Assembly (NCBI GenBank): GCA_963668025.2 | Contig: CAXXTH010000023.1 | Span: 1-64,000, forward strand | Source of the DNA: Candidatus Hydrogenedentota bacterium | GTDB taxonomy: Bacteria; Hydrogenedentota; Hydrogenedentia; Hydrogenedentales; SLHB01 | Direction: 5' to 3' | DNA length: 64,000 bases | Shown here: positions 40,330 through 50,119 of the stretch, piece after piece | Layout: each line of letters starts with the position of its first letter | Position numbering within the stretch: position 1 is the stretch's first letter | Notes under the pieces: generated by a model | Told to the model about the DNA's origin: nothing | The model's input: only the letters and a program-made list of their open reading frames with translations | Database searches by the model: none | Position numbers and translations under genes: made by a program

Positions 40330-41736
40330 TTATTCGGTTTTCTTTACCCCCACCCCCACCGTACAAGCATTCACCAGTACGAAGGCGGCCAAATTGCAGA
40401 AGACGCCAATAACCAGCCCTTCAAAGCCCGCCGGTTCATGCCATACGTACTTCCATAGTAACACCCCCACCGCCCCCGACGCCGCGCCTGCTGCGAAAGC
40501 GGCCTTCGACGCCCGGTATCCCAGCAATGTCGAGACCAGCGGTACGAGGATAACTGGCGACCAGAAATTATAGGCATAAATGAGAATATCAAGCAAGCTC
40601 GGTATTCTGATAGCAAAAATAATCGCGAGCGTTCCCGTAATGAGGGTGGACGCTCTGGCCAGCATAAGCCCGCCGCGCACGCTGAGCGGCTTGCGCCGCA
40701 ATGGGGCCACGACATCATTCACGAAAGCGATAGAGGCGGAATTGAGGAATGAGTCAGCGGATGACATGACCACGGCGATCATCCCAGCCACGACGAATCC
40801 ACGAATGCCTATGGGCAGCACTTGCCGAATGGTTTCCGGGAGCGCCAAAGTCGAGTTTTCAAGATGAGGATTGAGGACATAGGCGACTAAACCCAAGCAC
40901 CCGGCGATGGCGAAGAAAGGTATCGAAAACAGCCCGCTCCAAAGCGTGCCTTGCGACACTATTTTCGCACTGCCGCCTATGAACAGGCGTACGATATACG
41001 GAGGAACGAGGGCTTCTCCGAGGAAGAACGTGAGAAACAGGGATAAAAAAGCGATGGGCGTTACATTCGAAAAGAGTTGAAGATGGCCTTCCGGCACGCC
41101 GTCCAATAAAGCCTGGACGCCTCCCACTTTCCGCACGCCAAAAAACAATACAAGCGGAATGCCAATTGCAAGAATGATGAATTGCAGGATGTCCGTGGAT
41201 ACGACAGCCCGCATACCGCCCATGGTGTCGTAGAGAATCACGATGCCTATCCCGATGATGATGCCGTATACGACCGGCAATCCTAAAAATACCTTAAAAA
41301 TGGCCCCCATCCCGCCCACCTGTGCCCCCAGAATGCCCGCGCACAAGATGACGGAAAACACGCCGGTGACGAATTTGCCAAGCTTGCCGTAATCGCGCTC
41401 CATCACATCGCCCGCGGAAATAGCATTGGGAAACTGATGGATGCGCGGCGCAATAAACGTGGCCACGAGAATTTCCTTAAAGCTGAATCCCCAGAGCGCG
41501 ACGATATACACAATGCCCCAAGAATATACTTTCTCGGAGTTGCCCATGGTGAATCCGCCGCCAATGAACGACGCGGACAAGGTGGCGAATACAATCCACG
41601 CGGGATAAGACCGCCCCGCTACGGCGTATTCGATGAAGTCTTTCACTCGCCGGCTGGAAAATGCGCCTATATAGACCGTCGCAATGAGATACAGAACAAC
41701 AATCACATAATCCACAATAGTCATTTCAGTTGGCAT
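40330..41736 (-). CDS. sodium:solute symporter (SSS family)
   Basis: Y.VAGR, ATLSASFIGGG, GGMRAVVSTDILQF and AVVMSSADSFLN. The true start is ATG 41736 (MPTEMTIVDY); the ORF-track extension runs into the IS. Confidence 0.92.
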   Translation of the reverse strand: MPTEMTIVDYVIVVLYLIATVYIGAFSSRRVKDFIEYAVAGRSYPAWIVFATLSASFIGGGFTMGNSEKVYSWGIVYIVALWGFSFKEILVATFIAPRIHQFPNAISAGDVMERDYGKLGKFVTGVFSVILCAGILGAQVGGMGAIFKVFLGLPVVYGIIIGIGIVILYDTMGGMRAVVSTDILQFIILAIGIPLVLFFGVRKVGGVQALLDGVPEGHLQLFSNVTPIAFLSLFLTFFLGEALVPPYIVRLFIGGSAKIVSQGTLWSGLFSIPFFAIAGCLGLVAYVLNPHLENSTLALPETIRQVLPIGIRGFVVAGMIAVVMSSADSFLNSASIAFVNDVVAPLRRKPLSVRGGLMLARASTLITGTLAIIFAIRIPSLLDILIYAYNFWSPVILVPLVSTLLGYRASKAAFAAGAASGAVGVLLWKYVWHEPAGFEGLVIGVFCNLAAFVLVNACTVGVGVKKTE

Positions 41737-41884
41737 TGCGTTCCCCCTTGGGCGGTCTGGCCTGGCGGCTGCTGCGATAAAAACACGAAGCTGGAATTTA
41801 CAGGAATATCTGGCTAGGTGCAAGCCTGCGAATCGCGGGGCAGGGCGGACGCATCTAATAATGCTGAATTCTGGATAATGTCTA

Positions 41885-42184
41885 TCAGCTTGTCCTGCCA
41901 TTCTTTTTCCGTTTTTTGTTTTTGTCTTGTTCCTGGCGTGTCCGACGGATGATTTCGTTGGCATATTCCTCGGCCAGCTTACGGAATTGGTTGTAGCCAT
42001 CAATGGCCTCTTGGAGGGCCTCCACCTCGTCGGTGGGAACGTAGTGCACCACGTTACGCCCGTTTTGCCATGTCTGATGGTTGTAGTGGGGCCGGCCGGC
42101 CATCGCGCAGATCTTGCCGCGTTCCATCCGCTCGATGGCCGCCATCTTTTCTAACAGCCGCTGGATTTTGCTTGTTTGTTTCAT
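41885..42184 (-). CDS. small basic IS-associated protein (DUF6788-like)
   Basis: 99 aa with MERGKI...PHYNHQTWQNGRNVVHYVP....ALQEAIDGY and a Lys/Arg tail. It lies inside the ISAs1 terminal repeats. Confidence 0.7.
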   Translation of the reverse strand: MKQTSKIQRLLEKMAAIERMERGKICAMAGRPHYNHQTWQNGRNVVHYVPTDEVEALQEAIDGYNQFRKLAEEYANEIIRRTRQEQDKNKKRKKNGRTS

Positions 42185-42368
42185 GGCAATATGATATAGG
42201 AATATATATAAAAAGTCCAGCGTTTAGGAAGCGCGTCAAAATAACTTGACTATTTTTTCGCATTCAACGCAATTTTCATGGCGATAGGAATTACCGCTTC
42301 CTTTCCGAGTGGTGGGAGAAAATCGGTAAGTTATTTTGACGCGACTCCTTAACTCAGGAGATAAAGCC

Positions 42369-43526
42369 GTGGGCAATGAGCATCATCCCGTTCCGAGACA
42401 GCGCGGCATCATGGAATACTTGGAGGAAATCCCCGATCCGCGTGTCCGCCGCAGGCGGTTCCATAAGCTGGCCGATATTCTGGTTATCGGACTTTGTTCG
42501 ATGTTGACCGGCGGCGAGGGATTCAACGACATGGCGTTGTTTGGAAGGATCAAACGAGACTGGCTCAAGACCTTTCTCGAGTTGCCTCACGGCATCCCGT
42601 CGCACGATACCTTCAACCGGGTTTTCTCCGCCATCGACCCCGATTGTTTTATGGACTGTTTTGTGCGCTGGGTCCAAAGGATTTGCCCTGCACTGCAGGG
42701 GGAAGTCGTTGCCATCGATGGAAAGGCGTTGCGCCGAGCCTTGGATGACGGCGATTCAATCCCGTATATTGTCAGCGCCTGGGCTTCGCAAAACGGGCTG
42801 GCCTTGGGACAGGTTAAGGTGGACGATAAGTCCAATGAAATCACCGCCATCCCCGAACTGTTGCGGGCGTTGGCCCTTCAAGGCTGCATCGTGACCATTG
42901 ACGCCATGGGATGCCAGAAAGACATCGCCGCCCAGATCATCGAGAAGAAAGCTGATTATGTCCTAGCCCTCAAAGGCAACCATGCTACGGTTCACCAAGA
43001 GGTCCAGGATTTCTTTGCCGACGCTGTTTTGCCCTGCGCTTCCGAACCCGCCACTACCGTTGCCCCCAACACCATGGCCTGCTCCAAAACGCTCGAAAAA
43101 GACCATGGGCGCATGGAAACGCGCCGCTACTGGCAATCCACCGACATTGACTGGGTGGCAGACAAAAAGCGGTGGAAGGGCTTGCGCAGCATCGGCATGG
43201 TCGAGTCGATCCGCTGCGTCAAAGGCAAAAACACCATCGAACGCCGCTATTTCCTCACCAGCCTTCCTCGTGATATTGAGGCCTTCGCAAAAGCCGTGCG
43301 GGGCCACTGGGGTGTCGAAAACCAGCTCCATTGGTCTCTCGACGTGACCTTCCGGGAAGACCAAAGCCGCGCCCGGACCAAAAACGCCGCACAGAATCTG
43401 GCCACGCTGCGCCGAATCGCACTCAACCTCATCAAGAGGAACACGGAAGAGAATATTTCGCAACGACAAAAAAGGATATTCGCCGCACTTGATATGCCGT
43501 TTCTCCAGCAATTATTGGGATTTTAG
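42369..43526 (+). CDS. ISAs1-family transposase
   Basis: IPDPR, GIPSHDTF.RVF, IDGKALR, KSNEITAIP, IDAMGCQ, LKGN, HGR.E.R and RGHWGVEN.LHW.LDV.F.ED. GTG 42369 follows AGGAG. Confidence 0.95.
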   Translation: MGNEHHPVPRQRGIMEYLEEIPDPRVRRRRFHKLADILVIGLCSMLTGGEGFNDMALFGRIKRDWLKTFLELPHGIPSHDTFNRVFSAIDPDCFMDCFVRWVQRICPALQGEVVAIDGKALRRALDDGDSIPYIVSAWASQNGLALGQVKVDDKSNEITAIPELLRALALQGCIVTIDAMGCQKDIAAQIIEKKADYVLALKGNHATVHQEVQDFFADAVLPCASEPATTVAPNTMACSKTLEKDHGRMETRRYWQSTDIDWVADKKRWKGLRSIGMVESIRCVKGKNTIERRYFLTSLPRDIEAFAKAVRGHWGVENQLHWSLDVTFREDQSRARTKNAAQNLATLRRIALNLIKRNTEENISQRQKRIFAALDMPFLQQLLGF

Positions 43527-43547
43527 ATGCGTCTGCCCTGATCGCGG

Positions 43548-43723
43548 GGGTGTGCGCCACCAAAAGAGTATTAATGCGTTTTGCAGGGAAAACCGCCTTT
43601 CTTTTGTATATGAACATATACACCGTGCGCCTTGCCCGGTAAAAAGGTTCGTATCGCCTTTTGAGCGCTTCAATATGGCCTGCTGTTTCTTTCACTATCC
43701 GCACGTCCCCTTAGCCCGCTTAA
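43548..43723 (-). repeat. right arm of the MITE-like element (now inverted)
   Basis: Begins GGGTGTGCGCCA, matching the terminus at 32327. The two become terminal inverted repeats once 34977-48280 is re-inverted. Confidence 0.6.
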
Positions 43724-45562
43724 GGGCCTGTCGATTAAGCAGCCGCCTCGATAGGGTATATCTCCACCGCATCGACAGGAATGCGCCGGGGATGCCGATT
43801 CGACGTTATTCGTGGGAAAAAAGCATAGGCTACGGCTCTAGCTGCGGCATGAAGCCCCGCCAGGACCGTGTTTACGCCAGGATGGCCGCCTTGGGGGAAG
43901 CCGGTGGCCATGTTTGCCTTGCGGGCCAGAAGTTTTTTGAGGGTATACGCGGTGCAAATCCAGGACCAGTCGCACCGGACTTTCTCCAGGCCGCGCCGGG
44001 CGAAGCGGCGGATGCCCATGCACGACTTGATGACGCCGAACAATCCTTCGATCCCCGGGGCGCGTTTCTTGTAGATGGCCCGGCCTTCTTCGGTCTTCAT
44101 GCGCTCGTCCGCGGCCTCGCGCAGCGGTTCGTGTTCGTCGCGGGTGATGGTCCGGTGCGTGGCCTTTCCTTTGATGCATTGCCCCGCCAGCGGGCAGCCG
44201 GGGCAGGCTTCGCATTGGTAGGTGGCGTATGAAACGCCGTCTTTGTCCGTGCCGTGTTTCGAGGCCGCCATCTCGTGGCCCATGGGGCAATGGTAGGAGT
44301 CGGCTTGTTCGTCGTACACAAATGCGGTGCGGGCGAACTGGCCGCCTTGTTTGGGCAGGCGTTCCACCGCTTCTTGGGCCACGGGAAGCGCGGGCTCGGG
44401 GCGTTGAGCCGGATTGTCCGCCCCAGAGGCCGAGCGGGTGGGCATGTAGGCCTCTATCCCTTGGGCCTCAAGGGCTTCGAGCACTTGGCCCGCGGCAAAA
44501 TTGCCGTCGGCGGCGATTGCGCAAGGCTTCTCGCCCGTAAGGGCTTCAACGGCCTCCACCGCCGGGCAAACGGCGCTGGCCTCGTCGGAACCCGCCAGCA
44601 CATCATCATAGAGGATAGCGCCTGTTTGCGCGTCAATCGCGGCCACGGGGGTGTAATTCGGCGCGTAGCCCCCTTCTTTGTTGGGGGTGATTTGGGAGTC
44701 CGGATCGCTCACGGGCACTCGGACGGGTTTGGCGTTCTTGCCATTGTGCTCTTGGGACTTCGCGTCTCGCCTGCGGGCGGCGTCGAGGGCTTTTTGAAGC
44801 TGTTTGCGTTTCGTTTCGAGCCGCGCGATTTCCTGGCTGGCCTTTTCCAACTGTTCCGCAACGTCTCCATCCGGCTCCATGCCCGCCAGAAACTCGGTTT
44901 CAGGAAGGGCTTGGGCATCATTGCGCCGCATTTCCTCCATCCGGCGGTCCAGTTCCCTTATAATCTTCTCGATGGTCCCGGCCGTGCGCGCCCCGTGGCG
45001 GTCGCTGTCGGCCCGCAAACGGGTGCCGTCGATGAGCAATTCCAATAGCGGCTTCTCGCGCTCACCTAGCAGGAGCTGGGCGATTTGCCGCTTCAACTCG
45101 TCGATGGCTTTGGCGTGGCGCACCCGGAATTTGGCGAACGTGGAGTGATCGGGCGTGAACCCTTCAAGGAACCATATGAAATCCAGGTGCTTGCACGCCG
45201 CCATTTCCAGCTCGCGCGACGAACGCACGCGGTGCATCAGCCCGTACAGGATAGCTCCCGCCAGGTAATGTGGATGGATCGGCGGCTGGCCAACGCCCAC
45301 ATAGGCAGCCTCCCAAGCGCTCCAATCCAGTTCATCCAAAATCCGTGCGAATATCCGGATGGGCGCATCCGCCGGGAGCATCTCGTCCAGATACTGGGGA
45401 TACAGCACCATTTGATGCCGCTGCGCCTTCGGAGTGGCGAATAGAATGTCTCGTGCGTTCATGTGGGTTTCCCTGGTGACACCAATAATAAATTCTATTC
45501 TACTAGAAATCGAGTTATATGTCTATATAAATTCTACCCCGGCGCACTACATCGACAGGCCC
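43724..45562 (-). mobile_element. IS1182-family element
   Basis: Perfect 12-bp terminal inverted repeats GGGCCTGTCGAT. The flanks TTAA and AGCC show no TSD. Confidence 0.88.
43735..45462 (-). CDS. IS1182-family transposase
   Basis: RSSRELE, TPDHSTFAKFR, IDGTRLRA, SDPDS, ADGNF, YHCPMG, C..CPL...C and IEGLFGVIK. Confidence 0.93.
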   Translation of the reverse strand: MNARDILFATPKAQRHQMVLYPQYLDEMLPADAPIRIFARILDELDWSAWEAAYVGVGQPPIHPHYLAGAILYGLMHRVRSSRELEMAACKHLDFIWFLEGFTPDHSTFAKFRVRHAKAIDELKRQIAQLLLGEREKPLLELLIDGTRLRADSDRHGARTAGTIEKIIRELDRRMEEMRRNDAQALPETEFLAGMEPDGDVAEQLEKASQEIARLETKRKQLQKALDAARRRDAKSQEHNGKNAKPVRVPVSDPDSQITPNKEGGYAPNYTPVAAIDAQTGAILYDDVLAGSDEASAVCPAVEAVEALTGEKPCAIAADGNFAAGQVLEALEAQGIEAYMPTRSASGADNPAQRPEPALPVAQEAVERLPKQGGQFARTAFVYDEQADSYHCPMGHEMAASKHGTDKDGVSYATYQCEACPGCPLAGQCIKGKATHRTITRDEHEPLREAADERMKTEEGRAIYKKRAPGIEGLFGVIKSCMGIRRFARRGLEKVRCDWSWICTAYTLKKLLARKANMATGFPQGGHPGVNTVLAGLHAAARAVAYAFFPRITSNRHPRRIPVDAVEIYPIEAAA

Positions 45563-45597
45563 AGCCGCAGGCTCCCCCTTAGCACCTGGCTTCAGCC

Positions 45598-46030
45598 CTA
45601 CCAAGTATAGGCATTTTTAACATCCGCTCCATAGTTTTTTGCCCATTCTTTTATGAGGTCTGGGAATTGGTTTACGAGCGCGAAGGTGGTCATCAGTTGT
45701 AGGAGGCCACGCATGAGGATGGTTGGACCGATGGGATCGGTGCGGCGTCCCATCCATCCTCCACAGCGTACCACGAGGGCAAACAGCAGGAGCAAGGGCT
45801 CCACTTCAGGGTCATCGGGGCATCGCATGGCATGGCATGGCGGACCTTCTCGTACTGCTCGGGCGGAAGGGAACCGATGGCCTGGAGCCCCAAGTCTTGT
45901 TTCATGGTGAGCAGCGCCATGGCGGCCAGCGAATAAAAGACCAGGACTTTGGCGAATTGGTCCGGGTGGGTGAAATGGCTCTTCTCCACGTCAAACCCGC
46001 CGCTCTTAAGCAATTTGAAGTACTCTTCAA
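45598..46030 (-). mobile_element. 3' part of the IS4/IS50-like element (transposase C-terminus, frameshifted)
   Basis: EEYFKLLKSGGFDVE...GGWMGRRTDPIGPTILMRG...AYTW*. Ends in the terminal repeat, followed by GGCTGAAGC. An extra 5-mer near 45826-45842 shifts the frame. Confidence 0.88.
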
Positions 46031-47722
46031 CCTAAAAAAAGGCAGTAGGAACTTGCTTTGGGATTTTTCCAGCCCAATTTTGTAAAGAAATAACTGTCCT
46101 GTCCCGCTCTTTACGTTGGCGCCGGCAGCAGGTTGGGGGTGGCCAGCGGCCTTCCCTCGAGTATTTTGGCGAAGATCCGGCTGAGGATCGTCCGCCATCG
46201 TTCGTTCCAGTTCAACTGCCGCGCAGTTGCTTTCATCTCCAATAAAAAGGCGTTTACGGATTTCAGAACTTGTTCCATAGCATGTCCTTGCGCATGCACG
46301 GGGGTGATGGTGAGCGTGGTTTGGCCTCCGTGGCGGGTCTGCTGTCCCACGCCGTAGAGCAGCAGAGGGCGGCTCGTGATCGCTTCGGCGTGGCGCTCCG
46401 GAATCGCCAAGCGCACGTACAAAGACCACCAATTGTAAATCAGGGCTATGATTCGCGCCATGATTTGGCAGCGCTTCATATCGTGGGTGGTATACCCGCC
46501 CCACCCCCACTGGTTTTTCTGTTCATCGTAGATGTTTTCCGCATCGCCCCGGTCGCGATAATGCTGGGCCAAGGCCGATAGGGGGTCTGTCAGCGAAGTG
46601 GCCAGCAGCGCGTATTCATACTGCTGCACGGCTCCCGCTTGGATCTCAATGAGCTGTAGTTGGGGGGAGGGGTCAGGCAATAGCGGCTCCGTTTCCAGAA
46701 CGATACTCCCTTTGAGCTTGCGCCGCAGAACGATTACCCGGCGTTTGCTCGTCCATCCCATAAGCTCCAGACGGTCTTCCAAACCTTCCCAGCCTTGGCC
46801 TGCTGGCGTCCAGTCCTTAGAACAAAAGGCCTGCTGGATAAGCCGTTTCACGTTGCTGGTCTGCCGCAATTTGAACAGATAGGGCACTCCGCGCGCTTCG
46901 GCTTCGCTCATGTCGCGTTCGTTGCCGAAGGCGCAGTCGCCGCGAATCATGCCCGGCCAGGCCGCGCGCGGCAAGCCATCGAGAAAATGCCACAATCCAG
47001 GCATGGTGTATTTCGCCGCCGTCTCGTTGCCCGGCCGGACTTCCACGTCCAGCACCAAGCGCGTGTTCGCCATAAAATAGGTATGCAGCACATGAGAAGG
47101 ACGGCCCTGTTTCGCCGGATTGTAGCCCAGCACGGCCCCTTCTTGATGGCCGAACAGGGGCTTCACGCTTGTATCCACGTCCAAAATCCAAGGCTCATAA
47201 AGCAACGGCTCATAACAGCGGCGCAGGTGCTTCTGTAGCCAGCCCGCGCAGGCTTCCCCGTCCGCCAGTATAAATGCCCGCCGCGCCGAGGAGGCGCTCA
47301 TGATCTTGCTCATACCCAGCAAGCCCGGGTTCACCGCGTCGTAACGGACCGCGTCAATGTGCGCATAGCGGGTGTGGCCCGCCAGCACTGATAAAAATAG
47401 CGTGCCCAGCACATCCCTCTTGCGCGGCGCATTATTGCTGGCGTACGCCAGCGGACAGTCCTCCACCCACGCTTCAAAAAGCTCCGCCGTCTTGAGAAAA
47501 TCGATAAAGAACGCCAACTGGCCAAACGGCGTCGTTGCCGCCTCCCGGTCCCATTCCACATGCACCCGGCCCCCGTAGCTATCTACGAAAATCGGCGCCT
47601 CCAAAGACAACCATTCCTCCTCTCCCAATGGGGGAGCATCTTGCTGTTGCGATTCTGTTTCCATGTTCTTTATCTTGAACTACTTCCTGCTCGACACTCA
47701 AGATTCAACTGGCGTTTTTAGG
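46031..47722 (-). mobile_element. IS1380-like element nested in the IS4 transposase
   Basis: Ends CCTAAAAAAAGGCAGT and reverse complement CCTAAAAACGCCAGT. A 5-bp TSD TTCAA is present at 46026-46030 and 47723-47727. Confidence 0.88.
46111..47664 (-). CDS. IS1380-like DDE transposase
   Basis: 517 aa with ILDVDTSVKPLFGHQEGA..GYNP, IRGDCAFG and YRDRGDAEN.YDE.KNQWGWGG. Confidence 0.82.
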   Translation of the reverse strand: METESQQQDAPPLGEEEWLSLEAPIFVDSYGGRVHVEWDREAATTPFGQLAFFIDFLKTAELFEAWVEDCPLAYASNNAPRKRDVLGTLFLSVLAGHTRYAHIDAVRYDAVNPGLLGMSKIMSASSARRAFILADGEACAGWLQKHLRRCYEPLLYEPWILDVDTSVKPLFGHQEGAVLGYNPAKQGRPSHVLHTYFMANTRLVLDVEVRPGNETAAKYTMPGLWHFLDGLPRAAWPGMIRGDCAFGNERDMSEAEARGVPYLFKLRQTSNVKRLIQQAFCSKDWTPAGQGWEGLEDRLELMGWTSKRRVIVLRRKLKGSIVLETEPLLPDPSPQLQLIEIQAGAVQQYEYALLATSLTDPLSALAQHYRDRGDAENIYDEQKNQWGWGGYTTHDMKRCQIMARIIALIYNWWSLYVRLAIPERHAEAITSRPLLLYGVGQQTRHGGQTTLTITPVHAQGHAMEQVLKSVNAFLLEMKATARQLNWNERWRTILSRIFAKILEGRPLATPNLLPAPT

Positions 47723-48280
47723 TTCAATGCGCCAGCGCTGCTCGTAGTAGGCGGCCGCCCGCGCTTGCCGTTCCTGCGTGTCAATGGGAAGGGAGGTGAA
47801 CAGCAGCCAGCATAGAGGCTTCTCGCCATCGGGCGCTTCGAGTTCGCGGATCACCACCAGATGGACGCCCAAGGGCTCCTCAAGAGTAATATTGCGGCGT
47901 TCGCCCCGGGTGCAAGGGCGGAAAAAGAATACGCGGCAGGCCCCGATGGACAAGGAGGCCACCCGTTTGGGGCGGTTTTTCCCGTACGCCACGTGTCCCC
48001 GGGCATCAAGCCCAAGGCTTTTGTACGGCCGCATCGGCAGCGACGCGATGAGGCTTGCCATGTCCACGTCTTCGCCGGTTTCCAGGCGCACGTTGCGGTT
48101 GCCAAGGCAGCGAAACACGAAGCCGGCGCCCACCTCGCGGGCGGCCGCCATCGCCAAGACATCGTCGAATTCCCGATCCGCCACATGCGTTAGATGGCGG
48201 TCCGGCGCCTGGGTGGCCAGATAGCGAATGTGTGTGGCCAGTTGATGCCGATGATTCAACAGCAGGCGCTGGCGCTCCTC
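47723..48280 (-). mobile_element. middle part of the IS4/IS50-like transposase gene
   Basis: EERQRLLLNH...HVADREFDD...CWLLFTSLPI...YYEQRWRIE. It joins in frame to 32643-33154 and to 46030. Confidence 0.88.
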
Positions 48281-50102
48281 GATGCATTTGCGAAATAAAG
48301 AAAATCCGTATTGACAAGGGTTTACAAAGCGGCGGAATTGGCGCCTACCCCGGAGAATGCGGGGAAAGGGGCTTGGCGGGGGCATGAATAAGGATTTTTT
48401 GTGAAAAATCACCCCAAATGCCCTCGGCGAGCGGGAAAAGGCGTAACGTCTCCCGTGTGTGATTGTAGTATAGTTGACCACATAACCACGCACACACCAA
48501 GGAGACGTTTGCGATGGCCATTATACACCAAATGGGGTTGTTCTCGTGGAACCAGGTCGACGCGGCGTCGGATCTGGATCGGCTGAACCTGTTGCTGGCG
48601 GCGCTGCCGGATGAAGATTTGATGCGGGCGATGGAAGCCGAACGCAAGGGGCGGCGCGACGATTATCCTATCCGCGCGATGTGGAACAGCATACTGGCGG
48701 GGATCGTCTTCCAGCACGACGGCGTCGAAAGCCTGCGCCGCGAACTAGCCCGAAACGGGCAATTGCGCCAGTTGTGCGGATTCGACGTGTTGCGGGGCGC
48801 CAAGGCGGTCCCGCCCGAATGGGTGTACACGCGGTTCTTCGCCAGATTACTGCGCCACTGGAAAGAAGTGGACCGGATGTTCGACGCGCTCATCGTCCGG
48901 CTGATGGAACGCTTGCCGGATCTCGGGGTGCGTCTGGCCGTAGACTCGAAAGCCATCCAAACCCACGCCAAGCCTCCGCGCAAAGACGCGGTCCTGGAAA
49001 ACGAAGAGCCGGACGGGCGGCGCGACCGCGACGCAGACTGGGGCACGAAAACCTACAAGGGCGTTCACAAGGACGGCACGCCCTGGGAGAAGGTCAAACG
49101 GTGGTTCGGCTACAAGCTGCACCTCATCGTGGACACGAAATACGAATTGCCGCTGGGCTACGCGGTCACGAAAGCCAGCGCCAACGACTCGCCCTTTCTG
49201 CTGCCCCTCGTGGCGGCTCTCGACGCGCGCCACCCCGAACTCGTCCAACGCGCCGAGTACCTCAGCGCCGACAAGGGCTATGATTCCGAAGCCAACAACA
49301 AGGGCCTCTTCGAGGAACATGAAATCCGGCCCATCGTGGACATCCGGGCGACCTGGAAAGAAGAACCGGAACGGCCCCGCCCTTTATATCCCGAACGGGT
49401 AGACACGATCTTCCATACCGAACGAGGTGAAGTCCTCTGCCGGTGTCGTAACGGCGCCCCAAACGAACGCGACAACTATGATTCCATGGCCTACCAAGGA
49501 TTCGAGCAAGATCGGGGAACCTTGAAATACCGTTGCCCAGCCAAGGCGCGCGGGAGCGCCTGTACCCAGCAAGACCTCTGCAACCAAGGATGCCAGCCCG
49601 AACACGGACGGATTGTCCGCGTGCCCATCGCTATCGACCGGCGCATCTTTACCCCCCTGCCCCGCAGCGCCAAATCCTGGCGCCGCGAATACAAACACCG
49701 CACCGCCATCGAGCGAGTCAACAGCCGACTCGACGGCGCATACGGATTCGAGCGCCACTACATCCGCGGTATGAAAAAGATGCGCGCCCGCACCGGATTA
49801 GCCCTCCTCGTCATGCTCGGCATGGCCCTGGGATGGCTCGAAGCCGGCCAGGCAGAACGCATGCGCTCGCTCCTCGGACAGCCCCGCGCCGCATAGATCA
49901 CATCGAATCCGCACAAGCAATGATGGCCCGAATCAAGGGCAAACCATGCCCATTCGGGCCGCAAGGGTCCTACACGCGAACCTCCTGCATGATTTATTGC
50001 ACCCGTAGCGGAGGCGTAATCCCATTGCCACAGGCGAAAACCGCTCCGCGTGTGCCCGCACCGTCCGCGCGTTCGCAAACCACGCTATTTCGCAAATGCC
50101 TC
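48281..50102 (+). mobile_element. 1822-bp IS, copy 3 (inverted relative to copy 2)
   Basis: Ends GATGCATTTGCGAAATA (one mismatch) and TATTTCGCAAATGCCTC. The flanks are TCCTC and ATCAGG. Confidence 0.95.
48514..49896 (+). CDS. DDE transposase (copy 3)
   Basis: Protein identical to copies 1 and 2. Confidence 0.9.
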   Translation: MAIIHQMGLFSWNQVDAASDLDRLNLLLAALPDEDLMRAMEAERKGRRDDYPIRAMWNSILAGIVFQHDGVESLRRELARNGQLRQLCGFDVLRGAKAVPPEWVYTRFFARLLRHWKEVDRMFDALIVRLMERLPDLGVRLAVDSKAIQTHAKPPRKDAVLENEEPDGRRDRDADWGTKTYKGVHKDGTPWEKVKRWFGYKLHLIVDTKYELPLGYAVTKASANDSPFLLPLVAALDARHPELVQRAEYLSADKGYDSEANNKGLFEEHEIRPIVDIRATWKEEPERPRPLYPERVDTIFHTERGEVLCRCRNGAPNERDNYDSMAYQGFEQDRGTLKYRCPAKARGSACTQQDLCNQGCQPEHGRIVRVPIAIDRRIFTPLPRSAKSWRREYKHRTAIERVNSRLDGAYGFERHYIRGMKKMRARTGLALLVMLGMALGWLEAGQAERMRSLLGQPRAA

Positions 50103-50119
50103 ATCAGGGTATGGCCGAG

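Larger units (their letters stand above)
41841..43540 (+). mobile_element. ISAs1-family element carrying a divergent small gene
   Basis: Terminal repeats CAGGGCGGACGCATCTAA and reverse complement CAGGGCAGACGCATCTAA. A 9-bp TSD ATCGCGGGG is present at 41832-41840 and 43541-43549. Confidence 0.93.

Noticed and set aside
41737-42003. N-terminal extension of the sodium:solute symporter
   Set aside because: It runs through the ISAs1 end and overlaps the small IS gene. Symporter similarity begins at ATG 41736.
43715-45570. Target-site duplication for the IS1182 element
   Set aside because: The flanks (GCTTAA versus AGCCGC) do not match under any terminus choice tried, so none is claimed.
47705-48493. 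262-aa ORF as an independent gene
   Set aside because: It starts inside the 1822-bp IS and ends in the IS1380-like terminus. The middle is an internal IS4 transposase fragment.
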